Positions 1-8,708 of a stretch of DNA of 64,000 bases are shown here, piece by piece. The DNA comes from Verrucomicrobiota bacterium. Lineage in GTDB: Bacteria; Chlamydiota; Chlamydiia; Chlamydiales; SM23-39. The translations under genes and the position numbers were made by a program. Each line of letters starts with the position of its first letter. Position 1 is the first letter of the stretch. Under the pieces are notes generated by a model. The model searched no databases, was not told the DNA's origin, and was given only the letters and a program-made list of their open reading frames with translations. The stretch lies in NCBI GenBank assembly GCA_028873295.1, contig JAGWKO010000002.1:1394-65393 (forward strand), read 5' to 3'.

Positions 1-635
1 ATGACCTCTTCCAGATACTTGGGGATACCTCCAGTAACTGATAGCACTTTGAATTTTTCATAGGCGCTTACTCTGTTCTTCTGAGCTCCCCAAAATTCGC
101 CGCTCTCAGCTAGAGATAGCTCATCGAGCACCATGTCTATAGAAATTCTCCCAACAAATCCTGTGCTTTTGAGAATGTTTTCCTCGATCCAACTAGACAC
201 AGAACCACAAAGGATCAATATAAGGTCTTGGTTGTCCGAAAAATACAAATCCCAAGCCGTTTTTAGCTGTCCCAAGAAATCTGGGTCTTCAGATCCCATC
301 CAAGAAATTTCATCGAAGACGATAACGATCTTTTGGTCTTTAGCTTGTTTCCCTAAAAAGGTAAAATATTCAAGCCATTCAGATGCCTGTATCTTTGGCA
401 TACTCAGGTTTTGGGCAATTTGAGTTGAGAACGCATCCAATTGCCTCTGCTTAGTGATGCTTGTGTCTGGAGGAGGGCCTACAAAAGTCCAACTCTTCTT
501 ATTTGAAACGAATTCTTTGATCAGCCTGCTCTTCCCTACACGACGCCTCCCTCGAATCACGACCAGGCTTGGAGACTTCTTTTTAAGAAGCAACTCTAAT
601 GATTCAAGTTCTTTATTTCGACCGATGAATCTCAT
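1..635 (-). CDS. AAA+ ATPase, archaeal-ATPase/DUF234-type (3' end runs off the window)
   Basis: Absent from the ORF track because there is no stop in the window. The reverse complement from the ATG at 635 reads MRFIGRNKELESLELLLKKKSPSLVVIRGRRRVGKSRLI (Walker A GRRRVGKS) ... IVIVFDEISW (Walker B-like) and stays open to position 1. The + strand ORFs 133..423 and 454..651 are antisense to it. Confidence 0.6.
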   Translation of the reverse strand, partial: MRFIGRNKELESLELLLKKKSPSLVVIRGRRRVGKSRLIKEFVSNKKSWTFVGPPPDTSITKQRQLDAFSTQIAQNLSMPKIQASEWLEYFTFLGKQAKDQKIVIVFDEISWMGSEDPDFLGQLKTAWDLYFSDNQDLILILCGSVSSWIEENILKSTGFVGRISIDMVLDELSLAESGEFWGAQKNRVSAYEKFKVLSVTGGIPKYLEEV

Positions 636-793
636 TTTGTCATTCTTGTGAGGTAATTTTAAGACCAGATTTTACATCACACGAATAGCAAATGTCAATC
701 ATATGATGATTGCGCTGTCTCGATCTCATAGTGAGATTTGTGCATATAAATATATTATTTGAAATTCACACACATTCTAAAAGCCTCTGATCA

Positions 794-1534
794 TCATAGA
801 AAGGCTTCATCCCACCCCCTTACGCCTTCGGTGTGTGGGTTAGTATCTATCATTACACCATGGGAAAAGAAATTGCGTGCCTCTGCTTCCAGGTTGCTTT
901 GATTACTCTTGATCCCCACAATGTAATCCGCCTTCCTCTGCAGGACCTGCTCAATGTCTTTGACATGAGCAAAAAGCGCATCCATTGTCACAATCGCACC
1001 TTCAACGTTCACGCTATCAAGCAGAGCAGGAAGGGCTTGGCGCTCATTAACCTTCTCTTGAGCAATGACTAGTCGTTGTTCTGCAGCAAAAAGTTCCACA
1101 ATGTGCGATACATGTTGATCGTCAGAGGTACCACACAACCTCTTGCCATCGATGACTAGTAATTGGTCCTTTAATGATTGCTCTAACCGTTGGAACCACT
1201 TATTAATCAGTCTTTTGAATTCCTGTGGTTGCACTCTCACCATGAACCATCAGAAAGTGCTGTATGAAGGGTCACACTCCTCCAGCCCAGTCAGCTCACG
1301 AAGCCAAGATGTCCGCAATGCTGCGAAATTTACAATTTCTCGGAGCGTGTTGCATCCAGAAAGATATCCGGTTAATAGCACGAGTAATAAGAACCATGCG
1401 GGATAGGCGCAACTCGCTATGCGCCGTGGATCTTTAAAGTCCGCAAAAGCACCCCGCACGCTTTCTTGAAACACTTTCATATCAACAGCTTGCGTTATAT
1501 CTAGAAACGCCTGATCCTTTTTCCACCTAGCCAT
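794..1534 (-). pseudogene. ISAs1-family (H-repeat-associated) transposase, interrupted and C-terminally truncated
   Basis: Two consecutive ORFs (1250..1534 and 794..1243) are separated by a stop. The N-terminal part, 'FADFKDPRRIASCAYPAWFLLLVLLTGYLSGCNTLREI', is typical of the ISAs1 N-domain. The second part, 'LVIDGKRLCGT...HIVELFAAEQRLVIAQEKV...ALPALLDSVNVEGAIVTMDALFAHVKDIEQVLQRKADYIVGIKSNQ', matches the DDE core. About 243 aa remain, versus about 370 aa expected from memory. Confidence 0.7.
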
Positions 1535-1564
1535 CTTGCTCTCCTTATTACGATGGAGAGCAAG
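1535..1564 (-). promoter_or_regulatory. Hairpin sequestering the transposase RBS
   Basis: A perfect 10-bp stem CTTGCTCTCC/GGAGAGCAAG with a 10-nt loop sits immediately 5' of the transposase ATG (1534). On the minus strand the AGGAG Shine-Dalgarno lies within the stem. Confidence 0.4.
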
Positions 1565-1771
1565 TGTAATTTTTACTAGGTATGCACTGTCAAATCTTTT
1601 TCATGAAAACGCCCTGCCAGTCTACTGCGTAAATGAATGGGGAAATCGCGTCGATTTGGATAATTACCCAGGAGGCCATACATAAAAAACGGCAAACCAT
1701 GTAACTGCTGCTGCACACTCAATTTTTCTCATTGCCACAATAAACAAATTTCTTTACAATCCTTTGTCTCT

Positions 1772-2140
1772 ATGGAGACATCTATTGATCAAATTCTTGG
1801 AGCAGCTCAGGAGGTTCATCGCCATTTAGGAGGACCAGGCCTTATAGAAAATGTCTATGAAGCAGCCCTTTGCCACGAACTTCGACTGCGCAATATTTCT
1901 CACCAAAGACAGGTGCCCCTTCCTGTTCTCTATAAGGGAACGCAAATACGAGGCCCTTTTTTCATCGATCTTCTCGTCGATCAGAAAATCGTCATAGAAA
2001 TCAAAGCGCTCGAAAAAGACAATCCCTACTACCAGAGCCAACTCTTAACCCACATGCGACTTTTGCGCGCTAAGCAAGGACTCTTGATTAACTTTGGAAA
2101 AGAAAACCTCGAAGAGGGAATTTTCCGCATCGATCTGTAA
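1772..2140 (+). CDS. GxxExxY family protein (PD-(D/E)XK-like)
   Basis: 122 aa. Contains 'GPGLIENVYEAALCHELRLRNI...PVLYKG', with the family signature G-L-I-E-N-V-Y. Confidence 0.8.
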   Translation: METSIDQILGAAQEVHRHLGGPGLIENVYEAALCHELRLRNISHQRQVPLPVLYKGTQIRGPFFIDLLVDQKIVIEIKALEKDNPYYQSQLLTHMRLLRAKQGLLINFGKENLEEGIFRIDL

Positions 2141-2372
2141 AAAATTCAGGCAACCCTGTTCATAACTCTGTTCACAAGATGTCGATGATTGTCGACAAGT
2201 CACCGGATTGTTGAAAACCTCCCTCTTATCGACAAGTTTTCAACAAGAGATCAACAAAATTTTCTCGAGGGAAGCGCTCTCCTGGCCTATCGACAATTCC
2301 ACAGCGCCAGAGAAAGAAGAGATATAAACTTATATCTATCTTTTCTTCAGAGGTCTGGTATACACTTGGACT

Positions 2373-3014
2373 GTGGTTTCTGCGACTCTAGAAAATTTTT
2401 TTTCCCTACAGGAATATGCACATAAAGCCCTATGGGAAGAAGGAGAGGAGCTGTGGCATCCCTTGATGCATCTCGATGCCTATTTGAGCAGATTTGCATT
2501 TGTAAAAGAGATCAAAATACCCGAGCATGTTTATCTTGAATTTCCAGAAAGAATTGCAATTGGAAAAGGAACGGTAATCGAGCCGGGAGTTTATATCCAG
2601 GGACCCTGTATTATCGGAGAGAACTGCATCTTGCGCCACGGCGCCTATATCAGAAACGGAGTGATCATGGGGAATCACTGCGCAATTGGCCACGCCGCAG
2701 AAGTCAAACACTCTATTCTCCTCAACTACGCTGCCGCTGCCCATTTCACTTATGTAGGAGACTCTATTCTCGGAAATCGCGTGAACTTAGGAGCTGGAGT
2801 AAAGTGCGCCAATCTCCGATTGGATCGCCGCCCTGTAGTTCCGGGACTTTCAAAATTCGGCACCTGCATCGGAGACTCAGCTCAAGTGGGGTGTAACGCA
2901 GTACTCAATCCCGGAACCCTTATCGGAAGAGATGCTATTATCTATCCTCTGCAGAGTGTTAGCGGGTTTGTCGCGCCACATCAACGAGTTGGTGGAAAGG
3001 CACATGCTTCTTGA
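2373..3014 (+). CDS. Hexapeptide-repeat (left-handed beta-helix) transferase, GlmU C-terminal-like
   Basis: Imperfect hexapeptide repeats 'GTVIEPGVYIQGPCIIGENCILRHGAYIRNGVIMGNHCAIGHAAEVKHSIL...GNRVNLGAGV'. The start is uncertain: GTG at 2373 or in-frame ATG at 2466. Confidence 0.65.
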   Translation: MVSATLENFFSLQEYAHKALWEEGEELWHPLMHLDAYLSRFAFVKEIKIPEHVYLEFPERIAIGKGTVIEPGVYIQGPCIIGENCILRHGAYIRNGVIMGNHCAIGHAAEVKHSILLNYAAAAHFTYVGDSILGNRVNLGAGVKCANLRLDRRPVVPGLSKFGTCIGDSAQVGCNAVLNPGTLIGRDAIIYPLQSVSGFVAPHQRVGGKAHAS

Positions 3015-3870
3015 GAAATACCAGGAGCAGTTTGAGAAAAAGCTCCGCTCTTTCGTGCAAGAACTGGGAGATGCAAGCCCTCTGCATGAGGCCTGCTCTT
3101 ATGCGCTGTTGTCACAAGGCAAAAGACTCCGCCCCCTTTTAGTGGTCAGCATAGCAGAGGCATTGGGTTATGGACTCGATGTAACTCCTGCCGCTTTAAG
3201 CGTAGAGTGTTTTCACACAGCTTCCCTGATCGCAGATGATCTTCCTTCGATGGACGATGATGATTTTCGAAGAAATCGCCCATCTCTACACAAGCAGTTT
3301 GGAGAGAGTACCGCTCTTTTGGCAAGCTACACGCTCATTGCAGAGGGCTACGGAGGAATTTCTCGGAACGAAGAACTGATGCGGCAGAAGTGCCCGCAAA
3401 AAGCTTCACAAGCTGCTTTCCTTGCCCTACAAACGGCTACTCGTTGTGGGGGGCTACAGGGAGCCACCTACGGTCAATATCTCGATCTTTTCCCGCCAGA
3501 TATCAGTTGGAAAACGGCTTCTCAGATCATTGCCCAAAAAACAATTTCTCTTTTTCAACTCTCGTTTGTCTTTGGATGGCTCTTTGGTGGGGGCGATGCA
3601 AATCAACTGGAAGTTGTAGAAAAGTGCGCCTGGCATTTCGGTATGGCATTTCAGCTTGCCGATGACTGGGAGGACGAACTGCAGGACAAAAAAAGAGAGC
3701 AGACTGTAAATGCTATAAATCTTCTGGGCAGAGAAGAGACGGAGCGTCTTTTCCAAAAAGAGCTGGATGGGCTCGAGAACTCGTTAAAAGTTCTCGGCCT
3801 CTGGATCCAGCCCTTGCAAGAGATTTGTTGCATTCTACGGTCTAAGACAGCGCCTCTTCGGGCACTTTAG
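3004..3870 (+). CDS. ispA: Polyprenyl (farnesyl/geranylgeranyl) diphosphate synthase
   Basis: 'GKRLRPLLV...[34 protein letters not shown]' is the first Asp-rich motif and 'FQLADDWED' the second. The ATG at 3004 (MLLEKYQE) was chosen over the upstream ORF extension from 2932. Confidence 0.85.
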   Translation: MLLEKYQEQFEKKLRSFVQELGDASPLHEACSYALLSQGKRLRPLLVVSIAEALGYGLDVTPAALSVECFHTASLIADDLPSMDDDDFRRNRPSLHKQFGESTALLASYTLIAEGYGGISRNEELMRQKCPQKASQAAFLALQTATRCGGLQGATYGQYLDLFPPDISWKTASQIIAQKTISLFQLSFVFGWLFGGGDANQLEVVEKCAWHFGMAFQLADDWEDELQDKKREQTVNAINLLGREETERLFQKELDGLENSLKVLGLWIQPLQEICCILRSKTAPLRAL

Positions 3871-4900
3871 GACGCGATGCACTTGGATTTGAAAGGATCT
3901 TTGTATAGATCGCTTTTTCAATCTCTTCCACCAGCTTGGGATTAGCTCTCAGCTCTTCGCGTACCGCCTCTTTTCCCTGGCCGAGGCGATGCGCCTGATA
4001 GCTGAACCAGGTCCCTTTTTTATCGATGATTCCAGTATCTGCGCCGACATCAATCAGAGAGCCAAGATGAGAAATTCCCTCATTGAAAATGATGTCGAAT
4101 TCTGCATTTTGGAAAGGAGGCGCACACTTATTTTTGACAACGCGCACTTTGACTCTTGATCCAATTTCGGACCCACTCTCTCCAGATGATTTGATCCCAC
4201 CGATGCGGCGAATATCAAGGCGAATCGAAGAGTAGAATTTAAGGGCGCGTCCTCCTGTTGTTGTCTCAGGGTTGCCAAACATGACGCCGATCTTTTCGCG
4301 AATCTGGTTGATGAAGATCGCGCAGGTGTTGCTGCGAGAAAGAGTCGCTGTGAGTTTGCGAAGAGCTTGAGACATCATGCGCGCCTGAAGTCCCATGTGC
4401 TGATCCCCAATTTCTCCTTCCAGCTCTGACTTGGGAACGAGCGCCGCAACGGAATCCACTACAATGACATCTACAGCATTGGATCTGGCCAGCGTTTCAG
4501 CAATGTTCAGCGCCTCTTCCCCGTTGTCAGGTTGAGAAATCATCAAATCGTCGATGTTCACTCCAATGCGTGCAGCATAGGCAGGGTCTAATGCGTGCTC
4601 TGCATCGATGTAGGCAGCAAGCCCGCCGCCCTTTTGCGCATTTGCCACGATATGTGTCGCAAGTGTCGATTTTCCAGAAGACTCGGGGCCATAGATTTCA
4701 ATGATACGGCCACGGGGCACCCCTCCGACGCCTAAAGCGACATCCAGGGCAATGGAGCCCGTTTTAATCACGCTGAGCCCGTGCACGGAAGAGTGTTTTC
4801 CAAGTGCCATGATGGCTCCATCTCCGAATTGCTTCTGGATGTGAGACATAGCAAGTTCTAGCGCCTTTCTTTTAGCAGGATCTGGGGTAAATTGTGACAT
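3842..4900 (-). CDS. recA: Recombinase RecA
   Basis: '[18 protein letters not shown]' (Walker A), '[11 protein letters not shown]', '[10 protein letters not shown]'. The ATG at 4900 (MSQFTPD) is preceded by GGAGG. The ORF extension to 4951 was rejected. Confidence 0.97.
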   Translation of the reverse strand: MSQFTPDPAKRKALELAMSHIQKQFGDGAIMALGKHSSVHGLSVIKTGSIALDVALGVGGVPRGRIIEIYGPESSGKSTLATHIVANAQKGGGLAAYIDAEHALDPAYAARIGVNIDDLMISQPDNGEEALNIAETLARSNAVDVIVVDSVAALVPKSELEGEIGDQHMGLQARMMSQALRKLTATLSRSNTCAIFINQIREKIGVMFGNPETTTGGRALKFYSSIRLDIRRIGGIKSSGESGSEIGSRVKVRVVKNKCAPPFQNAEFDIIFNEGISHLGSLIDVGADTGIIDKKGTWFSYQAHRLGQGKEAVREELRANPKLVEEIEKAIYTKILSNPSASRPKVPEEALS

Positions 4901-4998
4901 GAGACCTCCGAATGAATTTAAAAAAACATAGTCTAACTTACCACCCCTCATCTCCTCAAGCTTTTGCCTAAAATCATGAATTTGGTAATGGTGAGGAA

Positions 4999-5961
4999 AT
5001 GATCCTGGTTGGAGATATTGGAGGCACTTACACGCGTCTTGCTCTTTTTGAAGGAGATAGGAAGATAGAAGAGCGTAAGTACTTCAGTAGAAGGTACGAG
5101 AGTCTCGATGCTCTGCTTTTGGAGTTTCAACAGCAGAGAGGGGTGAGAATTGGAAAGGCCTGTTTTGGCGTTGCAGGATCTGTGCATCAGGGGGTTTGTA
5201 AGGCGACTAATTTGCCTTGGAAGATCGATGCTTTGCAGCTTGGGAAGGTGCTGCAGAATGCTCGGGTAGAGATTCTCAACGACTTGGAAGCTAAAGCATA
5301 TGGGATCGATTGTCTTTCTGAGGAAGATCTTTTTCCTTTGCAAACAGGGAGGAGACAGGAGGGTAATCGGGCATTGATTGCGGCTGGCACTGGGCTTGGA
5401 GAAGCTGGCCTTGTCTGGGATGGGACGCGCTTTTTGCCCTTTGCCTGTGAAGGAGGGCATGCTGATTTTGCTGCCAGAGATGAGGAGGAATGGGCGCTTT
5501 TTCTCTATTTGAAAAAGAGATTGGAGCACGTTTCTTATGAGCAAGTGGTCTCAGGACCAGGACTTTATCATATCTTTCAGTTTCTAACAGAGAGTGGGAG
5601 GGCCGTTTTATCTCCTTCTGTGCAAAAGGAGCTCGAAGCAAATGATCCTCCAAGAGTAATTTCTGAATGGGGAATGTCGGGAAAAGATCCTGCCTGTGCC
5701 CGCGCTTTTGGCTGGTTTCTCTCTCTTTATGGCGCAGAGGCTGGGAATTTGGCGTTGAAATTTTTGGCTATCAATGGTCTTTACATTGCTGGGGGTATGG
5801 CTCCCGTGATTAAAGAGCGGATGAAAGAAGGAGAGTTTCTCCCGTCCTTTGCTGGGAAGGGAAGGTTTCGTTCGTTTTTAGAATCAATCCCTGTCTGGGT
5901 CGTCCTGAATGACGATGTGGCCTTGCTGGGGGCAGCAGAATATTTGCGGAAGAAAATATGA
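4999..5961 (+). CDS. glk: Glucokinase
   Basis: N-terminal '[16 protein letters not shown]', '[10 protein letters not shown]' and 'LYIAGGMAP', as in ROK-unrelated Glk-family glucokinases. Confidence 0.9.
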   Translation: MILVGDIGGTYTRLALFEGDRKIEERKYFSRRYESLDALLLEFQQQRGVRIGKACFGVAGSVHQGVCKATNLPWKIDALQLGKVLQNARVEILNDLEAKAYGIDCLSEEDLFPLQTGRRQEGNRALIAAGTGLGEAGLVWDGTRFLPFACEGGHADFAARDEEEWALFLYLKKRLEHVSYEQVVSGPGLYHIFQFLTESGRAVLSPSVQKELEANDPPRVISEWGMSGKDPACARAFGWFLSLYGAEAGNLALKFLAINGLYIAGGMAPVIKERMKEGEFLPSFAGKGRFRSFLESIPVWVVLNDDVALLGAAEYLRKKI

Positions 5962-8636
5962 ATCCAGAAGAAGAGCGTATAGCAGAATCATCAGCTATTT
6001 CCGAGGAAGGGTTTTCTCTTGGAGTAGTGCCGCCCTGGGAGCGTTGGGGACCCTATCTCTCTGAGAGGGGGTGGGGAAGTGTGCGAGAAGATTATAGTGC
6101 TGATGGAGATGCCTGGATCCATTTTCCTCATGAGCATGCAAGAGCGCGCGCTTATCGTAGAGCAGAAGATGGTATCGCAGGTTTCTCAGACAGATATCAG
6201 GTTCTTCTCTTTGCTCCCGCATTCTGGAATGGAAAAGATTCTATTCTGAAAGAAAGACTTTTTGGTCTTAATCCCTACGAAGGAAATCATGCAGAAGATG
6301 TTAAAGAAATCTATTACCATCTTGATGCAACACCGACACACAGCTACTTGAAGTATCTCTATAAATATCCGCAGGCCCCTTTTCCTTATGAAAAGCTTGT
6401 GCGTGAAAATCAAGGGCGTGGGTTGCAAAAGGGAGAGTATGAGCTGGTAGATACGGGGATTTTTGATGAGAATCGCTATTTCGATATCTTTATCGAATAT
6501 GCAAAAGCAGGTCCGGAAGATATTTGCATACGAATCACAGCCATCAATCGCGGACCTGTAGAGGCTCCTTTGCACATCCTTCCCCATCTTTGGTTTCGCA
6601 ATCAATGGGCTTGGGGGGAAAAAAGAGGAGCAGAACCGCTCATTTCCGCAGAAGATGGCTGCCTTGTTGCCGATGATCGCAACCTCATAAGTCCAAGAAA
6701 CCTTCTTTCTGAATACCATCTGGGAATCTACTATCTTTATGGAGCGCCGGGGTTTCAGGAGCGTCTTTTCACAAACAACGAATCGAATGCGCAGTTACTC
6801 TGGGGACAGCTCAATAGCTCCCCCTATGTTAAAGATGCATTTCATCGATATCTTATAGAAAATGAAGAAAGTGCGATTCATCCTGAGGCTAAGGGAACAA
6901 AGGCTGCCTTTCACTATGCTTTTCCAGCAATTGGGCCGGGAGAGACTCGCGTTGTTTCTCTGCGGCTGAGCAATACAAAGAAAGAGAGTCCTTTTACAGA
7001 CTTCGACCAGGTGTTTTTGGATCGCAAAAAGGAGGCAGATCTCTTTTATGCATCGATTCATCCTCCGAAGGCGTCGGAAGAAGAGAAACAGATTCAGCGC
7101 CAGGCTTTTGCTGGAATGATCTGGAGCAAGCAGCACTACCATTTGGATGTAGGGCGCTGGCTCGATGGAGATGATCCAAAACATCCTCCTCCAGAAGAGC
7201 ATAAGCATATCCGCAATGTCCATTGGCGCCACCTGATTTCAATGCGCATTCTTTCTATGCCGGACAAGTGGGAATTCCCCTGGTTTGCTTCCTGGGATTT
7301 GGCTTTTCATACTTTGACATTTGCATTAATTGATCTGGACTTTGCAAAACAGCAGCTTTGGCTCCTTCTCTTCGATCAATTTCAACATCCCAATGGCCAA
7401 ATTCCAGCCTATGAGTGGGAATTTAGCGATGTAAATCCACCTTTGCAGGGATGGGCGCTTCTTAAAATTTTTGAATATGAAAAAGAGAGATTTGGAAGAG
7501 AAGATTTCGCATTTTTAGAAAAGTGTTTTCACAAACTGCTGCTCAATTTTTCCTGGTGGGTCAATCGAATAGATACATTGGGCAATAACGTTTTTGAGGG
7601 CGGATTTTTGGGCATGGATAATATCAGCTTCACGGATCGATCCGAGAAAATGCCGCCTGGGTTTCTTCTGGATCAAGCAGATGGGGCTGGATGGGTTTCT
7701 CTTTTCTGTCTTAATCTGATGCGCATTGCTCTTTTGCTTGCAAAAAAGAATCCTGTCTACGAGGGGCTCGGCATCAAATTTTTTCAGCATTTTGTTTTTG
7801 TTACTGCTGCAATGCGCCAGGGACAATGGCGCCCTTATGATCTTTTCTGTAAAGAGGAGGGGTTTTTCTATAGCTATCTTCGCCATCCGGATGGTAAAGC
7901 GGACCAGATCCGCATTCGCTCTTTAACAGGCATTATTCCCTTTTTTGCTTGCGATGTATGGGATGAAGAGGAGCTCAAACAGTACCCCAATTTCTACTAC
8001 TCCTATCAGTGGATGCTGGATAAAAAGCAGCAGGTGACAAACAAGTGTGTCCAGCAAATCGCGATCCCTGGAAAAGGAACAAAGCATCTCTTTGGAGTTC
8101 TTGATCAAACAGAAACGCAGCGTTTCCTGCGCTATCTCTGGGATCCAAAAGAGTTTCGCTCAGAGTATGGCCTCCGCAGTCTTTCAAAATATCATGAAGA
8201 GCATCCGGCTACTCTTTATAAACAGCAGCTCTATTATGAACCAGGAGAGTCGCACGAAATGATTAAAGGCGGGAATTCCAATTGGCGTGGGCCTATTTGG
8301 ATGCCCATTAACTATTTCCTTATCGACACCCTGATGCGACTTGGGACGGTCTTTGAAGAGAGATTGAAAATAGAAGCTCCGGGAGAGACGCCTGTCACCC
8401 TGAGGGAGATGGCCTTTTCTTTTGCTGAGAGAGCTCTTGCGATTTTCAAACAAAATAAAGAGGGGAAAAGGCCCTTTTATGGAGATGTGGAAAAACTACA
8501 GAAAGACCCCAATTTCTCCAACTATTATCTCTTCCACGAACATTTTCATGGAGATACAGGGCGAGGACTGGGTGCTTCCCATCAAACAGGATGGACAGGA
8601 TTAATCGCCAATCTGATCGATCAGTTGCGGCGTTGA
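5958..8636 (+). CDS. (alpha/alpha)6-barrel glycoside hydrolase, GH63/MGH1-like putative glucosidase
   Basis: 892 aa. 'NSNWRGPIWMPINYFLIDTL' and 'GASHQTGWTGLIANL' resemble GH63/GH37-type barrels. The start overlaps the glk stop (ATGA). Confidence 0.6.
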   Translation: MNPEEERIAESSAISEEGFSLGVVPPWERWGPYLSERGWGSVREDYSADGDAWIHFPHEHARARAYRRAEDGIAGFSDRYQVLLFAPAFWNGKDSILKERLFGLNPYEGNHAEDVKEIYYHLDATPTHSYLKYLYKYPQAPFPYEKLVRENQGRGLQKGEYELVDTGIFDENRYFDIFIEYAKAGPEDICIRITAINRGPVEAPLHILPHLWFRNQWAWGEKRGAEPLISAEDGCLVADDRNLISPRNLLSEYHLGIYYLYGAPGFQERLFTNNESNAQLLWGQLNSSPYVKDAFHRYLIENEESAIHPEAKGTKAAFHYAFPAIGPGETRVVSLRLSNTKKESPFTDFDQVFLDRKKEADLFYASIHPPKASEEEKQIQRQAFAGMIWSKQHYHLDVGRWLDGDDPKHPPPEEHKHIRNVHWRHLISMRILSMPDKWEFPWFASWDLAFHTLTFALIDLDFAKQQLWLLLFDQFQHPNGQIPAYEWEFSDVNPPLQGWALLKIFEYEKERFGREDFAFLEKCFHKLLLNFSWWVNRIDTLGNNVFEGGFLGMDNISFTDRSEKMPPGFLLDQADGAGWVSLFCLNLMRIALLLAKKNPVYEGLGIKFFQHFVFVTAAMRQGQWRPYDLFCKEEGFFYSYLRHPDGKADQIRIRSLTGIIPFFACDVWDEEELKQYPNFYYSYQWMLDKKQQVTNKCVQQIAIPGKGTKHLFGVLDQTETQRFLRYLWDPKEFRSEYGLRSLSKYHEEHPATLYKQQLYYEPGESHEMIKGGNSNWRGPIWMPINYFLIDTLMRLGTVFEERLKIEAPGETPVTLREMAFSFAERALAIFKQNKEGKRPFYGDVEKLQKDPNFSNYYLFHEHFHGDTGRGLGASHQTGWTGLIANLIDQLRR

Positions 8637-8650
8637 ACTTTTTTCGAGCA

Positions 8651-8684
8651 AAAAAAAAGGCCGGGAGATCTCTCCCGGCCTTTT
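8651..8684. terminator. Bidirectional rho-independent terminator
   Basis: AAAAAAAA-GGCCGGGAGA-TC-TCTCCCGGCC-TTTT lies between the convergent glucosidase (stop 8636) and OMP (stop 8709) genes. Confidence 0.65.
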
Positions 8685-8708
8685 GCACATGTGCTAGCTA
8701 ACTTCAGA

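Larger units (their letters stand above)
734..1597 (-). mobile_element. Decayed ISAs1-family insertion sequence remnant (boundaries tentative)
   Basis: Contains a split, truncated transposase. Candidate imperfect terminal inverted repeats are AGATTTGTGCATA (734-746) and TATGCACTGTCAAATCT (1581-1597). No clear target duplication was seen. Confidence 0.4.

Noticed and set aside
133-651. Plus-strand ORFs 133..423 and 454..651.
   Set aside because: They are antisense to a much better minus-strand frame (1..635) with Walker A/B motifs. They also have odd composition and no motifs.
2226-2237. TTATCGACA read as a DnaA box marking oriC.
   Set aside because: It is only a one-mismatch resemblance in a single copy. 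There is no dnaA/dnaN context and no AT-rich unwinding element here, so it is kept only as an unexplained repeat motif.
4901-4951. N-terminal extensions of tracked ORFs. Examples are recA to 4951, ispA from 2932, recB from 18492, recD from 21452, rpsT to 23451, coiA-like to 24433, gspE from 55636 and Inc-like from 46074.
   Set aside because: The extensions overlap the upstream or opposite gene and lack homology-like sequence. Internal ATGs with an RBS, or a conserved protein N-terminus, fit better.
4948-5544. 198-aa minus-strand ORF opposite glk, together with 5187..5390 and 5291..5653.
   Set aside because: They are antisense to a clear glucokinase gene and are Ser/Pro/Lys-rich with low complexity.
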